A stretch of 64,000 nt of DNA from contig CACYQN010000007.1 of NCBI GenBank assembly GCA_902776565.1, positions 122,246 through 186,245 of the forward strand, in the 5' to 3' direction. A program made the translations under genes and the position numbers. Below the pieces are notes generated by a model. The model was not told the DNA's origin, made no database searches, and saw only the letters and a program-made list of their open reading frames with translations. This DNA is from an uncultured Bacteroidia bacterium. Lineage in GTDB: Bacteria; Bacteroidota; Bacteroidia; Bacteroidales; ML635J-15. This document shows, piece by piece, positions 1 to 9,665 of the stretch (positions within the stretch are counted from its first letter, which is position 1; every line of letters begins with the position of its first letter).

Positions 1-1
1 C

Positions 2-1297
2 ATAGGTGCTTTTGTAATGCTGTTCGCAAAAAGCGATTTCTGGAAGCGCATCGGCGGAATTTTCACTGGCTTCGGAATGCTGTTCGTCGGCTTGAGTCTT
101 ATGAGTTCCTCAATGTCGGCCTTTGCCGAAATGGAAGCCGTGAAGACTTTCCTTGCTGGAATAAGCAATCCTATTCTACTTGTGCTAATAGGTGCAATTT
201 TCACAGCCATAATACAAAGTTCATCGGTGATGACTTCCATTGCGCTTGCTATGGTTGTAACGGGACTTGTAACTCTCGACCAGGGTATTTTCCTTACAAT
301 TGGTTCCAATGTCGGTTCTTGCGTGGTGGCTATAATAGCTGGTGTGACGAGTGGTCGAAATGCTCAGCGTACAGCATTGATTCACTTGATATTCAATGTC
401 AGCGGTGCGGTGCTGTTCCTTGTGGCAGCATTTGTGATGGGACTTGTTTCCGACAATGTCACTTTCGGTAACATTTTCAACCGTATGTTCCCCGATGTAC
501 CACAGATGCAACTCGCAATGTTCCACACAATATTCAATGTGGTAACTGTGATAATAGTTCTTCCGCTTACAAATGCGCTCGTAAAGCTTGTCTGCAAGAT
601 GATTCCCGACAAGGTTGATGCCGACACCGACAGTCCGCGACTGTTCTTCGTCGATGACAATATGTTGAAGACTCCGCCTGTGGCAGTGCAGCAGACAAAG
701 CGCGAAATAGTGAATATGGCGCAGATTGCAATCGAAAACTTCAACCGCTCGCTCGACATTGTAACAAAACTCGACTTTTCGGAAAAGGAAACCTTTGTGA
801 AAAACGAAAACCAGCTTAACTTCTTGAATACCGCAATTATAGACTATGTGGTTAAGTTGTCGAAAATGCGTCAGCTGAGCGAAAAGGACCACAATTATCT
901 TACTACTACTTTCCGCAGTGTCAGGGACTTGGAACGTATCGGCGACTATGCAGAGAATATTGTCGAGTATGCAGGAATGCTAAAGGAAACCGGCGAAAAG
1001 TTTTCGTCGCAGGCAGTGGAGGAAATTGATAATGTGCGTACGCTTATCAACGAGTTGTACGACAAGATTATGAAGGCTTATACCGATGAAGATTTTGATG
1101 CCTTTGTCGAAGCCGACAAGATAGAAGATAAAATTGACGAGTACACCAAGTATATGGAAACCAGCCACATCGCACGATTGTCGCTTGGACTATGTTCACC
1201 TAATGCTGGTGCCGAATACCTATCGCTCTCGTCGAATGCCGAGCGTGTTGCCGACCACTTGATAAATGTCGGCAAGACAATCAGAAGGTTGGTATAA
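2..1297 (+). CDS. Na+/Pi cotransporter family protein with C-terminal PhoU-like domain (5' truncated by window edge)
   Basis: Hydrophobic N-terminal half with IQSSS and GSNVGS motifs; C-terminal ERIGDYAENI and ERVADHLIN PhoU-type motifs; frame is open from position 2. Confidence 0.88.
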   Translation: MGAFVMLFAKSDFWKRIGGIFTGFGMLFVGLSLMSSSMSAFAEMEAVKTFLAGISNPILLVLIGAIFTAIIQSSSVMTSIALAMVVTGLVTLDQGIFLTIGSNVGSCVVAIIAGVTSGRNAQRTALIHLIFNVSGAVLFLVAAFVMGLVSDNVTFGNIFNRMFPDVPQMQLAMFHTIFNVVTVIIVLPLTNALVKLVCKMIPDKVDADTDSPRLFFVDDNMLKTPPVAVQQTKREIVNMAQIAIENFNRSLDIVTKLDFSEKETFVKNENQLNFLNTAIIDYVVKLSKMRQLSEKDHNYLTTTFRSVRDLERIGDYAENIVEYAGMLKETGEKFSSQAVEEIDNVRTLINELYDKIMKAYTDEDFDAFVEADKIEDKIDEYTKYMETSHIARLSLGLCSPNAGAEYLSLSSNAERVADHLINVGKTIRRLV

Positions 1298-1329
1298 TAT
1301 ATATAGGTATATATCAGCAGGCAAATCGA

Positions 1330-2721
1330 TTACCCGATTATCCCATTAATTTCATCCATTATCCTCTTCGCCAAAGCATCGGCCTTTTCCAAAGTGCTGC
1401 TTTCGGAGTAGATGCGGATTATAGGTTCGGTGTTCGACTTGCGCAGGTGTACCCATTCCTTTGTGTCGGGGAACTCGATTTTTACGCCGTCGATGGTCGA
1501 AACGGGCTGCGAAGCATATTTCTGAGCCATTGTCTTCAGGATGTTGTCAACGTTGATTTTTTCGTTGAGCTGAATCTTGTTCTTCGATATTGAATATTCT
1601 GGGAAAGTGCGGCGCAATTCACTGACTTTCATCTTCTTTTCTGCCATAAGCGAAAGGAACAATGCAATTCCTACCAGTGCATCGCGTCCGTAGTGGACTT
1701 CGGGGTAAATTACACCGCCGTTGCCTTCGCCACCTATTACGGCATTGGTTTCCTTCATCTTGGTAACTACGTTCACTTCGCCAACGGCTGCGGCATTGTA
1801 CTGGCATCCGTACTTTTCGGTGACGTCGCGCAAAGCGCGGGTAGATGACATATTGGAAACCGTATTGCCCGGAGTCTTCGACAAAATGTAGTCGGCAACC
1901 GAAACCAGCGTGTATTCTTCACCGAACATCTGTCCGTCCTCGCAAATAATTGCAAGGCGGTCAACATCGGGGTCAACAACAAAGCCGACGTTTGCGTTCT
2001 GCTTCGGCATTTCCGATGCTATCTGGGTGAGGTTTTCGGGAATTGGTTCTGGAGTGTGGGCAAAATGTCCGTTTGCTTCGCAGTTGAGTTCAACTATGTT
2101 GTTCACACCGAGTTTTTTCAAGAGTTTTGGCAGCACGATTCCGCCGACCGAGTTCACGCAGTCGATAACAACCTTGAAATTGGCAGCCTTTATTGCATCG
2201 AGGTTGAGGACTTTCATCTTCAGAACCATGTCAATGTGACGGTCTTCGTAGTTGGCAATCTTGGTTTCCTTGCCAAGGTGGTCGATGTCATTGTAGGTAA
2301 AGTCTTCCGATTCAGCAATTGCAAGCACGTCCTTGCCTTCCTTGTCGGTGAGAAATTCGCCATGGCAGTTGAGGAGCTTCAGGGCGTTCCACTGCTTGGG
2401 GTTGTGGCTTGCCGTGATGATGATTCCGCCGGCAGCCTTTTCCAAGATTACAGCCATCTCGGTGGTCGGCGTGGTTGCCATACCTATGTTTATAACTTCA
2501 AAACCAAGCGATACCAAGGTTGAGACTACAATGTTTTCGACCATTTGTCCTGAAAGTCGAGCGTCGCGACCAACAACGATTTTGTTGTTGTTGAGTTCCT
2601 GCTTGCGGTTCCAGATGCCGTATGCGGTTGTGAACTTTACTATATCTATTGGTGTAAGATTTTCCGAAATTTGTCCGCCAATTGTTCCGCGGATGCCCGA
2701 TATTGATTTAATAAGTGTCAT
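1330..2721 (-). CDS. glmM: Phosphoglucosamine mutase (alpha-D-phosphohexomutase family)
   Basis: SISGIRG N-terminus, ITASHNP phosphoserine loop, DPDVDR metal site, GGEGNGG, RKSNTEP. Confidence 0.9.
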   Translation of the reverse strand: MTLIKSISGIRGTIGGQISENLTPIDIVKFTTAYGIWNRKQELNNNKIVVGRDARLSGQMVENIVVSTLVSLGFEVINIGMATTPTTEMAVILEKAAGGIIITASHNPKQWNALKLLNCHGEFLTDKEGKDVLAIAESEDFTYNDIDHLGKETKIANYEDRHIDMVLKMKVLNLDAIKAANFKVVIDCVNSVGGIVLPKLLKKLGVNNIVELNCEANGHFAHTPEPIPENLTQIASEMPKQNANVGFVVDPDVDRLAIICEDGQMFGEEYTLVSVADYILSKTPGNTVSNMSSTRALRDVTEKYGCQYNAAAVGEVNVVTKMKETNAVIGGEGNGGVIYPEVHYGRDALVGIALFLSLMAEKKMKVSELRRTFPEYSISKNKIQLNEKINVDNILKTMAQKYASQPVSTIDGVKIEFPDTKEWVHLRKSNTEPIIRIYSESSTLEKADALAKRIMDEINGIIG

Positions 2722-2863
2722 GTCGTACTATTTTTAGATTATGCACAAAGGTAATGAAGAAATTTCCGTTGGAAGTGGTAAAAAATAGAGGCTAGGATAT
2801 TTTTATCAACAAGATATGTGAAAAGAGAGCTGGTAAAATTTTGTAGCGTAATGTAGTAATAGT

Positions 2864-2871
2864 TATATTTG
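2864..2871 (+). promoter_or_regulatory. Bacteroidetes -7 promoter box for the TPR-CHAT gene
   Basis: TATATTTG matches TAnnTTTG. Confidence 0.55.
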
Positions 2872-2991
2872 CGGTCTGATTACGAAGCGTTATACTTTTT
2901 GTGTATTAGCGTCACGCTTTGTTTGTAGGTTGTCCGTTTGGCGCTGACGGGCATATATAGTTGCTCACGACACTCATAAGTGATATGTTAT

Positions 2992-5900
2992 ATGAGGAAA
3001 TTATTTATTTTAACCTTCTGTGTATCATTTGCAGTAGGAGCATTATCGCAGACCGACACAACCGCAATATTCCATAAGGCAGATTCTCTTAATGAATTAG
3101 GTGCCATTTTGATAAATGAACGAAAATATAACGAAGCTCTCGATTTGTTCAATCACGCGGCAGAAATGACAAAAGATGTCGCTGGAGGGCTCAACTTGCA
3201 TTATGCCACCACATTGAGGCACATTGCTAAGATTTATGACCGCACAGCCGATTACCAAAATGCTTTGAAATGCTACACGCAGGCAATGGAAATCCGAAAA
3301 AAAGTCCTAGGAGAAGATAATCCCGACTATGCTTCGTCGCTGGACGATGTCGGGATTGAATATGCAACAATGGGCGACTATCAGACGGCTTTGGAATATA
3401 TGATACGGGCAATGGAAATCAGGAAAAAAGTTCTTGGAGAGGAGCATCACGATTATGCGTCATCGCTAAATAACATAGGTGTTACCTATTATTATCTTGG
3501 TGACGAACAAAATTCCTTGAAATATTATTTGCAAGCGATGGAACTCAAGAAAAAAACTTTGGGCGAGGAACATCCCGACTATGCTATGTCGCTAAATAAT
3601 GTTGGCATTGCATACAAAAGCATGGGTGATTACCAAAGTGCTTTGAAATATTACCTGCAAGCTAAGGAAATAACAGCTAAATCCTATGGTGAGGAAACTC
3701 CAAGATATGCATCCATACTAAATAATATTGCTATTTGTTATCAAAATTTGAAAAACTACCAGAAAGCTTTGTCGTATAATAAGCAGGCATTGAAAATAAG
3801 AGAAAAGGTTCTCGGTGTAAATCACCCCGACTATGCATATTCATTGAACAATATCGGTACGGTGTATGAAAATATGGGTGATTACCAGACAGCTTTGAAA
3901 TATTATATGGAAGCATTAGAAATAAGGGGAACGACTATTGGCACGGGACACCCTAAATATGCAGTAACGCTTAACGATATTGGAGGCGTGTATTTCGACA
4001 TGGGTGATTACCAGAATGCTTTGAAATATTTTTTACAGGCGTTAGAGATACGAAAGAAAACAATTGGCGAAGAACATCCGGAATACGCATCTTTGCTGAA
4101 TGATATAGGCATTGTGTACAGTGACATGGGCGATTACCAAAACTCTTTGAAATATTTAATGCAAGCACTTGAAATCCAAAAGAAAGTTTTTGGTGAGACT
4201 CATCACGAATGTGCATTGACTTTGGGTAATATCGGCCTTGTGTACGATAATATGGGCGATTACCAGAATGCGTTGAAATATCATACGCAATCAATCGAAA
4301 TAAAAAGAAAAAATTGGGGAGAAGATAACCTAAGTTATGCTAAATCGTTGAATAACATAGGTATTGTGTATAATAATATGGGAGATAGTCAGAATGCTTT
4401 GAAATACTACAATCAATCGATGGAGACAATTAGGAAAATACAAGGCGAAGAACATCCTGATTATGCATCTTCTCAAAACAACATTGGTTCTGTGTATGAC
4501 AAAATGGGTGACTACCCAAACGCTATGAAGTATTACTCAAAGGCTTTGGAAATCCGAAAAGAAGTTCTTGGAGAAGAGCATCCTCTTTATGCATTGACGC
4601 TATATAATATTGGAAGGGCATATTTCGGAGAAAACGACTATTCTAATGCTATTAAGGCAAATAAAGATGCATCGGATATATGTAAACGCAACTTAATCAG
4701 AAACTTTTCGTTTATGACGGCACATGAGCGCGAAGCCTACTGGACATCAACGAACAAATATTTCTACAGGAACATAAATTATATGTATCATTTGCCCGAT
4801 GACACACTGGCAACAGCAACTTCATACGATGCAGAACTAATTACCAAAGGTTTGCTTCTTGCTTCGGAAATAAATATGACAAATATTATAATGGAGAGCG
4901 GTGATTCCACCTTGATTTCCGACTATGAGACTTTGAAGACTATGCACTTGCAGTTAGACAAGGAACTGGAGAAACCGATTTCAGAACGAGTCTCCGACTG
5001 CGATTCGCTTAATGAAGAAATCCAGAAGTTTGAGAGGCGTGTTGTGGGAAAAAGCAAGGAGTTCGGCGACATTACCAATTTCATAAAAATCGACTGGAAA
5101 GAAGTTCAAAATTCACTCAAATCCAACGATGTGGCAATAGAATTTTCCTCCTTTACAGAGAATGATACAACAAAATTTGTCGCGCTTGTGCTTACTAAAG
5201 ATATGAAAGCACCTGTCAGCGTTCCGCTTTTCAATCAGTTTGAAATGCAAAAGTTGCAGAGAGGTATAGCACCTGTAAAATCCGAAACGCAAAACGATGA
5301 AGAAAACCGCGGAGCAACAACTGTCGCTACCAAACGACAGGGCATCTACGAATCTACAGGACTTTACGACCTGCTATGGAAACCTCTGGAGAAATATTTC
5401 CCCGAAAATCCTCGTATCTACTTTGCTCCATCGGGAATGTTGCACCAGATTGCCGTTGAGTATGCACCAATTGACAAGGAAAAGACCATTTCGGACAAGT
5501 ACGAAATATATCGTATGTCATCGACTCGTTTCTTAGCAATGGAATATATGCCTAAACCAATGAAAAATTCGGTACTTTATGGTGGCATCTACTACGATAG
5601 CGACACCACAACAATGAAACAGGAAAGCGACAGATATTCAACGCGCAGTGCAACAAACACAACAGCTGTTAGCATAAGCCGGAGCGGAGACCGTGGAAGC
5701 CTCAGCTATCTGCCAGGCACCAAAACAGAGGTCGAAAACATTGTCGGCAAGATGAAGAAAAAGAAAATTTCTACAACCATCTTTGAGGGGTCTCAGGCAA
5801 ACGAAGAATCGTTCAAGGCTTTGTCGGGCAAAGAAATTTCTACTCTACACGTTGCCACGCACGGATTTTTCCTGCCTTCCGACGAAAAGATGTCGGGCGA

Positions 5901-6330
5901 CCAATCGCTCATCCAGTCGGGACTATTAATGTCGGGGGCAAACCTTGCTTGGCAAAATATGCCAGTTCCCGAAGGTGTTGAGGACGGCATTCTTACCGCC
6001 AAGGAGATTAGCTTTATGGACTTGCGCAAGACCGATTTGGTGGTATTGTCGGCTTGCCAAACTGCGCTTGGCGAAATCACAGGTGAAGGAGTGTTCGGTT
6101 TGCAACGTGGTTTCAAAAAAGCCGGTGTTCACACTATTATCATGAGCCTCTGGCCTGTGGACGACAATGCAACTTTGTTGATGATGACCGAATTCTATAC
6201 CAACCTAACCAAAGGAATGTCGAAACGCGAAGCCTTCCTTGCTGCACAAAACAAGGTAAAAACTACAGAAGGCTTCGCAAATCCGAGGTTCTGGGCAGCA
6301 TTCATTATGCTTGATGGAAACGAAAAGTAA
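2992..6330 (+). CDS. Secreted TPR-repeat CHAT (caspase HetF-associated) domain protease
   Basis: Signal peptide MRKLFILTF..., about 13 42-aa TPR units, catalytic LHVATHGF and VLSACQT motifs, FWAAF terminus; ATG 2992 preferred over GTG 2980. Confidence 0.9.
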   Translation: MRKLFILTFCVSFAVGALSQTDTTAIFHKADSLNELGAILINERKYNEALDLFNHAAEMTKDVAGGLNLHYATTLRHIAKIYDRTADYQNALKCYTQAMEIRKKVLGEDNPDYASSLDDVGIEYATMGDYQTALEYMIRAMEIRKKVLGEEHHDYASSLNNIGVTYYYLGDEQNSLKYYLQAMELKKKTLGEEHPDYAMSLNNVGIAYKSMGDYQSALKYYLQAKEITAKSYGEETPRYASILNNIAICYQNLKNYQKALSYNKQALKIREKVLGVNHPDYAYSLNNIGTVYENMGDYQTALKYYMEALEIRGTTIGTGHPKYAVTLNDIGGVYFDMGDYQNALKYFLQALEIRKKTIGEEHPEYASLLNDIGIVYSDMGDYQNSLKYLMQALEIQKKVFGETHHECALTLGNIGLVYDNMGDYQNALKYHTQSIEIKRKNWGEDNLSYAKSLNNIGIVYNNMGDSQNALKYYNQSMETIRKIQGEEHPDYASSQNNIGSVYDKMGDYPNAMKYYSKALEIRKEVLGEEHPLYALTLYNIGRAYFGENDYSNAIKANKDASDICKRNLIRNFSFMTAHEREAYWTSTNKYFYRNINYMYHLPDDTLATATSYDAELITKGLLLASEINMTNIIMESGDSTLISDYETLKTMHLQLDKELEKPISERVSDCDSLNEEIQKFERRVVGKSKEFGDITNFIKIDWKEVQNSLKSNDVAIEFSSFTENDTTKFVALVLTKDMKAPVSVPLFNQFEMQKLQRGIAPVKSETQNDEENRGATTVATKRQGIYESTGLYDLLWKPLEKYFPENPRIYFAPSGMLHQIAVEYAPIDKEKTISDKYEIYRMSSTRFLAMEYMPKPMKNSVLYGGIYYDSDTTTMKQESDRYSTRSATNTTAVSISRSGDRGSLSYLPGTKTEVENIVGKMKKKKISTTIFEGSQANEESFKALSGKEISTLHVATHGFFLPSDEKMSGDQSLIQSGLLMSGANLAWQNMPVPEGVEDGILTAKEISFMDLRKTDLVVLSACQTALGEITGEGVFGLQRGFKKAGVHTIIMSLWPVDDNATLLMMTEFYTNLTKGMSKREAFLAAQNKVKTTEGFANPRFWAAFIMLDGNEK

Positions 6331-6373
6331 GTTGAATGGTTTATGAGTTTAAGATGGTTTGAAAGTTGAAACC

Positions 6374-6427
6374 AACAACTTCAAACAATACGAAACAATT
6401 TCAAACAACTTCAAACAATATGAAACC
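6374..6427. repeat. 10-bp tandem repeat (AACAAYTTCA-like, about 5 units)
   Basis: aacaacttca aacaatacga aacaatttca aacaacttca aacaatatga. Confidence 0.8.
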
Positions 6428-6457
6428 TTTTATAATGCTGGATGGGAACGACAATTA

Positions 6458-6496
6458 ATTTACGAGTTACGAATGATGATTTACGATTTACGATTT
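6458..6496 (-). repeat. Heptamer array (AAATCGT on the minus strand)
   Basis: atttacg agttacg aatgatg atttacg atttacg attt. Confidence 0.75.
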
Positions 6497-6587
6497 TTTT
6501 TCAACTCCCAGGCAACGAAATTGACTTTTAAGTTGTCATAGTAGTGAAAAGAAAATTATATTTGCAAAAATTATATACTAGATTATT

Positions 6588-7076
6588 ATGAGTAGAATAA
6601 AAATTTTGTTTTTAATAGGAACGATAATTACTTGTTGTTCAATTGTCAATGCACAGAATCTTGACAATATCGGCTTTTTCTCCCAGTCGGGTGGCGATGA
6701 GTTTGTCCAGTATTCCTTTGGCGGCACATTCGGCAGTGTATTGTATGGCGAAAACGGTTCGTTGACTATTACGTCGGAATATGTGGATACGCTAGGTACC
6801 AGTGGTTTGTTGACGGGGGATGATAATCGTCGTGTGGCATTGGGCGAAGGTATTTCTGTGTATCCTAATCCTACGGCATATTTTGTAAATGTGTCGGTAA
6901 GGGATTCCGATTGTGCATCGGGACCAGTGGAAATTTATGATACGAACGGTGTGCTTGTGCTTTCGCGAGCAATAGATAGTTTTGGCAATGAATTTTCGGT
7001 AGATTTGTCTGGGCTTGCAAATGGCACCTATATAATGAGGATAGGTAAGGCAAGTGCAAAAATTGTTAAACAATGA
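6588..7076 (+). CDS. Small T9SS type A sorting (CTD) domain protein
   Basis: Signal peptide; VYPNPT...IYDTNG...DLSGLANGTYIMRI...KIVKQ CTD signature. Confidence 0.85.
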   Translation: MSRIKILFLIGTIITCCSIVNAQNLDNIGFFSQSGGDEFVQYSFGGTFGSVLYGENGSLTITSEYVDTLGTSGLLTGDDNRRVALGEGISVYPNPTAYFVNVSVRDSDCASGPVEIYDTNGVLVLSRAIDSFGNEFSVDLSGLANGTYIMRIGKASAKIVKQ

Positions 7077-7083
7077 AAACAGA

Positions 7084-8292
7084 ATGATTATGAAGAGAAT
7101 AGCGATATTGTTCATATTTGTGCTGGCAGTGGCTACGTTATTTGCGCAGAATGTACCGCAGACGGTCAATTTTTCGGCAGTTTTGCGTGATACCACTGGC
7201 AATATTCTGCCCGATACCAATGTGAGGTTGCAACTGATATTACGCGAAGGAGGACCGGAAGGAAATCCGATATATACCACAACTACCACCACAACAACTA
7301 ACTCCAATGGCTATGTGTCCGTAATGCTTAACAGAGGCTTGTCGTCGTATGGAACGCCTTTTACTCAGATTCCGTGGGAGAATGGTGATTTCTGGTTTCA
7401 GTTGGATTATAAGACCGACGACATGGCAGATTACAGGACGCAGGGCTGTTATGAACTGACTAGTAATTTTTATGCGTTTATGGCAGGTCAAGCCAATAGC
7501 CTTGAGGGTATAGATTTCGATGTTGAAGGCTTGGAGAATGGTGATGCCCTAATGTATAATTCTGAAACTGGCAAATTTGAAGCGCGTGAGCTTCGTCCAC
7601 CTGCACCACCAGCCCTGTCGGTTGTGCTTGAGGCCGGAAACGATGCAGGAGGAATGAGAATATCCAATCTTGCTGCACCCGTTGCTTCCAATGACATTGT
7701 GACCAAGGAATATGCCGATTCGGTCTATCATCGGATTATGACAGCAATTACTAATATAAATTGTTCGCACAACGGGCACGAGTATGTTGACCTTGGTCTG
7801 CCAAGCAGAACTTTGTGGGCAAAATGCAATGTGGGCGCAGCAACGCCAGAAGGTTTGGGCGATTTTTATGCGTGGGGGGAAATCTATCCCAAGAATAATT
7901 ATAGTAGGGATACGTATGTATATGGAGATGAGCAACTTGATTCCTTGCCTGCTGATGCTGATGTAGCTTCTGTATTTTGGGGCGGCGGTTGGCGTATTCC
8001 AACAGTCGACGAAATGGAAGAATTGAGAAGTTATTGCGTATGGAAGTATGTTCAGCAGAACGGAAGGAACGGATTTCAGATAATAGGTCCAAACGGCGGT
8101 TCGATATTCTTGCCTTGTGGTGGATACAAGTATGGAACTTATCATTCTGGCAATAATACTATAGCAATGTATATAACGGCTACTGCAGGAAGAATCCTAT
8201 ATTGTCTTTCTTATCGCTTGGGATTGGCCGGGCAAAGTAGTTTCGTAGGTTTTGAAATACGACCAGTGTTTAGATTTGAAAATAATAATTAA
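7084..8292 (+). CDS. Secreted fibre-like protein with DUF1566-like (HEYVDLGLPS) C-terminal domain
   Basis: Signal peptide, VPQTVNFSAVLRD N-domain, LSVVLEAGNDA...ISNLAAP...DIVTKEY neck motif, HEYVDLGLPSRTLWAKCNVGA...WRIPT...IRPV. Confidence 0.7.
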   Translation: MIMKRIAILFIFVLAVATLFAQNVPQTVNFSAVLRDTTGNILPDTNVRLQLILREGGPEGNPIYTTTTTTTTNSNGYVSVMLNRGLSSYGTPFTQIPWENGDFWFQLDYKTDDMADYRTQGCYELTSNFYAFMAGQANSLEGIDFDVEGLENGDALMYNSETGKFEARELRPPAPPALSVVLEAGNDAGGMRISNLAAPVASNDIVTKEYADSVYHRIMTAITNINCSHNGHEYVDLGLPSRTLWAKCNVGAATPEGLGDFYAWGEIYPKNNYSRDTYVYGDEQLDSLPADADVASVFWGGGWRIPTVDEMEELRSYCVWKYVQQNGRNGFQIIGPNGGSIFLPCGGYKYGTYHSGNNTIAMYITATAGRILYCLSYRLGLAGQSSFVGFEIRPVFRFENNN

Positions 8293-8308
8293 TTGTAAAG
8301 TCTTGAGT

Positions 8309-9631
8309 ATGAATAGGTTTTTTCTTTTGATATTTTCCCTAGCAATAGTATCGTCGGTGATGTCGCAGGAAGTTCCGCAGACGGTTGTATTTTCGGCTGT
8401 TGTGCGAAATTCGAATAATGAGGTTATTGCAAATTCTCCGATAGATGTAAGGTTGACATTTCTTGAAGGCGGGCAGTATGGCACTCCTGTATATTGTGCT
8501 GTACATAGGACGGCGACAAATTCGTCGGGTAGTATGCTTGTTAAACTGAATCGCGATATTCTGTCGTGCGGTTGCAACGAGGCATCTGTCTTGTCGTTCG
8601 AGGATATACCGTGGGAGAACGGTGACTATTGGATGCAAGTGGAATACCGGACCGATACGACTGGCAGTTTCTTATTGCTCGGAAGACTTGAATTGGCATC
8701 CACGGTATATGCATTTGTTGCAGACAAGACATTGGAACTTGTTGATGTAGGGTTCTCTGCGGAAGGTGTACACAATGGGGATGTGCTTGGCTATAATGAG
8801 GATGCACGTCAATTTGAGCCTGTAACTATAGCCCACGACCCCGAAGTATCGGGATTGGCGGAAGTGCTTGCAGTAGGAAATTCGGCAGAAAATAGGCATA
8901 TTGTTGATCTCGCGCCTCCAGCTGCAGCTCAGGATGCAGTAACAAAGTCGTATCTTGATTCGCTGGTAAATGTGTATATTGATATTGTTGATTCTCTTGG
9001 TGGAGTTTTGCCTACGTATCCCGAAGGAAACAATGGTGTGTATAGAACTCACGAATATGTTGACCTTGGGCTTCCAAGCGGAACAATGTGGGCAAAATGC
9101 AATGTCGGAGCATCAAGACCAGAAGAATGTGGCGATTATTATTCTTGGGGCGAAACACAGCCAAAGGATATTTATAATGATTCGTCATATACATACCATG
9201 ACGATGTACTTATGCTTCCATATAATAAAGATGCTGCAGCTGTAAACTGGGGCAACGGATGGAGAATGCCTACCCAAGACGATTTTGCTGAGTTGATGAG
9301 TAATTGTATATGGCGATGGACAACATTGAACGGAGTTGATGGATATCTTGTCAGTAGTTTCAACGGGAACAGCATTTTTTTGCCTGCTTGTGGTTATCGT
9401 TTTGATGGAAGTTTCTATATATCAAAGTCATCCGACCGGGATGCTAGCACGGGCGGTTACTATTGGCTTAGTACGTCGGGCTTGGGTCAAGCAGAGACTT
9501 CAACAGGTTTTTTTAGGACGCCACAGTTTTCTGTGCTTTCGAGATGGACTGTATCTTATGGAGTTACTGATATAATTAATTACAGAGCGGTTGGACAAAA
9601 TGTTCGTCCAGTTTATACTCCAGTAGAGTAG
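8309..9631 (+). CDS. Secreted fibre-like protein with DUF1566-like C-terminal domain (paralog)
   Basis: Same architecture: VPQTVVFSAVVRN, LAEVLAVGNSA...DAVTKSY, HEYVDLGLPSGTMWAKCNVGA...WRMPT...VRPV. Confidence 0.7.
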   Translation: MNRFFLLIFSLAIVSSVMSQEVPQTVVFSAVVRNSNNEVIANSPIDVRLTFLEGGQYGTPVYCAVHRTATNSSGSMLVKLNRDILSCGCNEASVLSFEDIPWENGDYWMQVEYRTDTTGSFLLLGRLELASTVYAFVADKTLELVDVGFSAEGVHNGDVLGYNEDARQFEPVTIAHDPEVSGLAEVLAVGNSAENRHIVDLAPPAAAQDAVTKSYLDSLVNVYIDIVDSLGGVLPTYPEGNNGVYRTHEYVDLGLPSGTMWAKCNVGASRPEECGDYYSWGETQPKDIYNDSSYTYHDDVLMLPYNKDAAAVNWGNGWRMPTQDDFAELMSNCIWRWTTLNGVDGYLVSSFNGNSIFLPACGYRFDGSFYISKSSDRDASTGGYYWLSTSGLGQAETSTGFFRTPQFSVLSRWTVSYGVTDIINYRAVGQNVRPVYTPVE

Positions 9632-9665
9632 ATAAATTTATATTGCCAATTAGATTGTTAATGAT

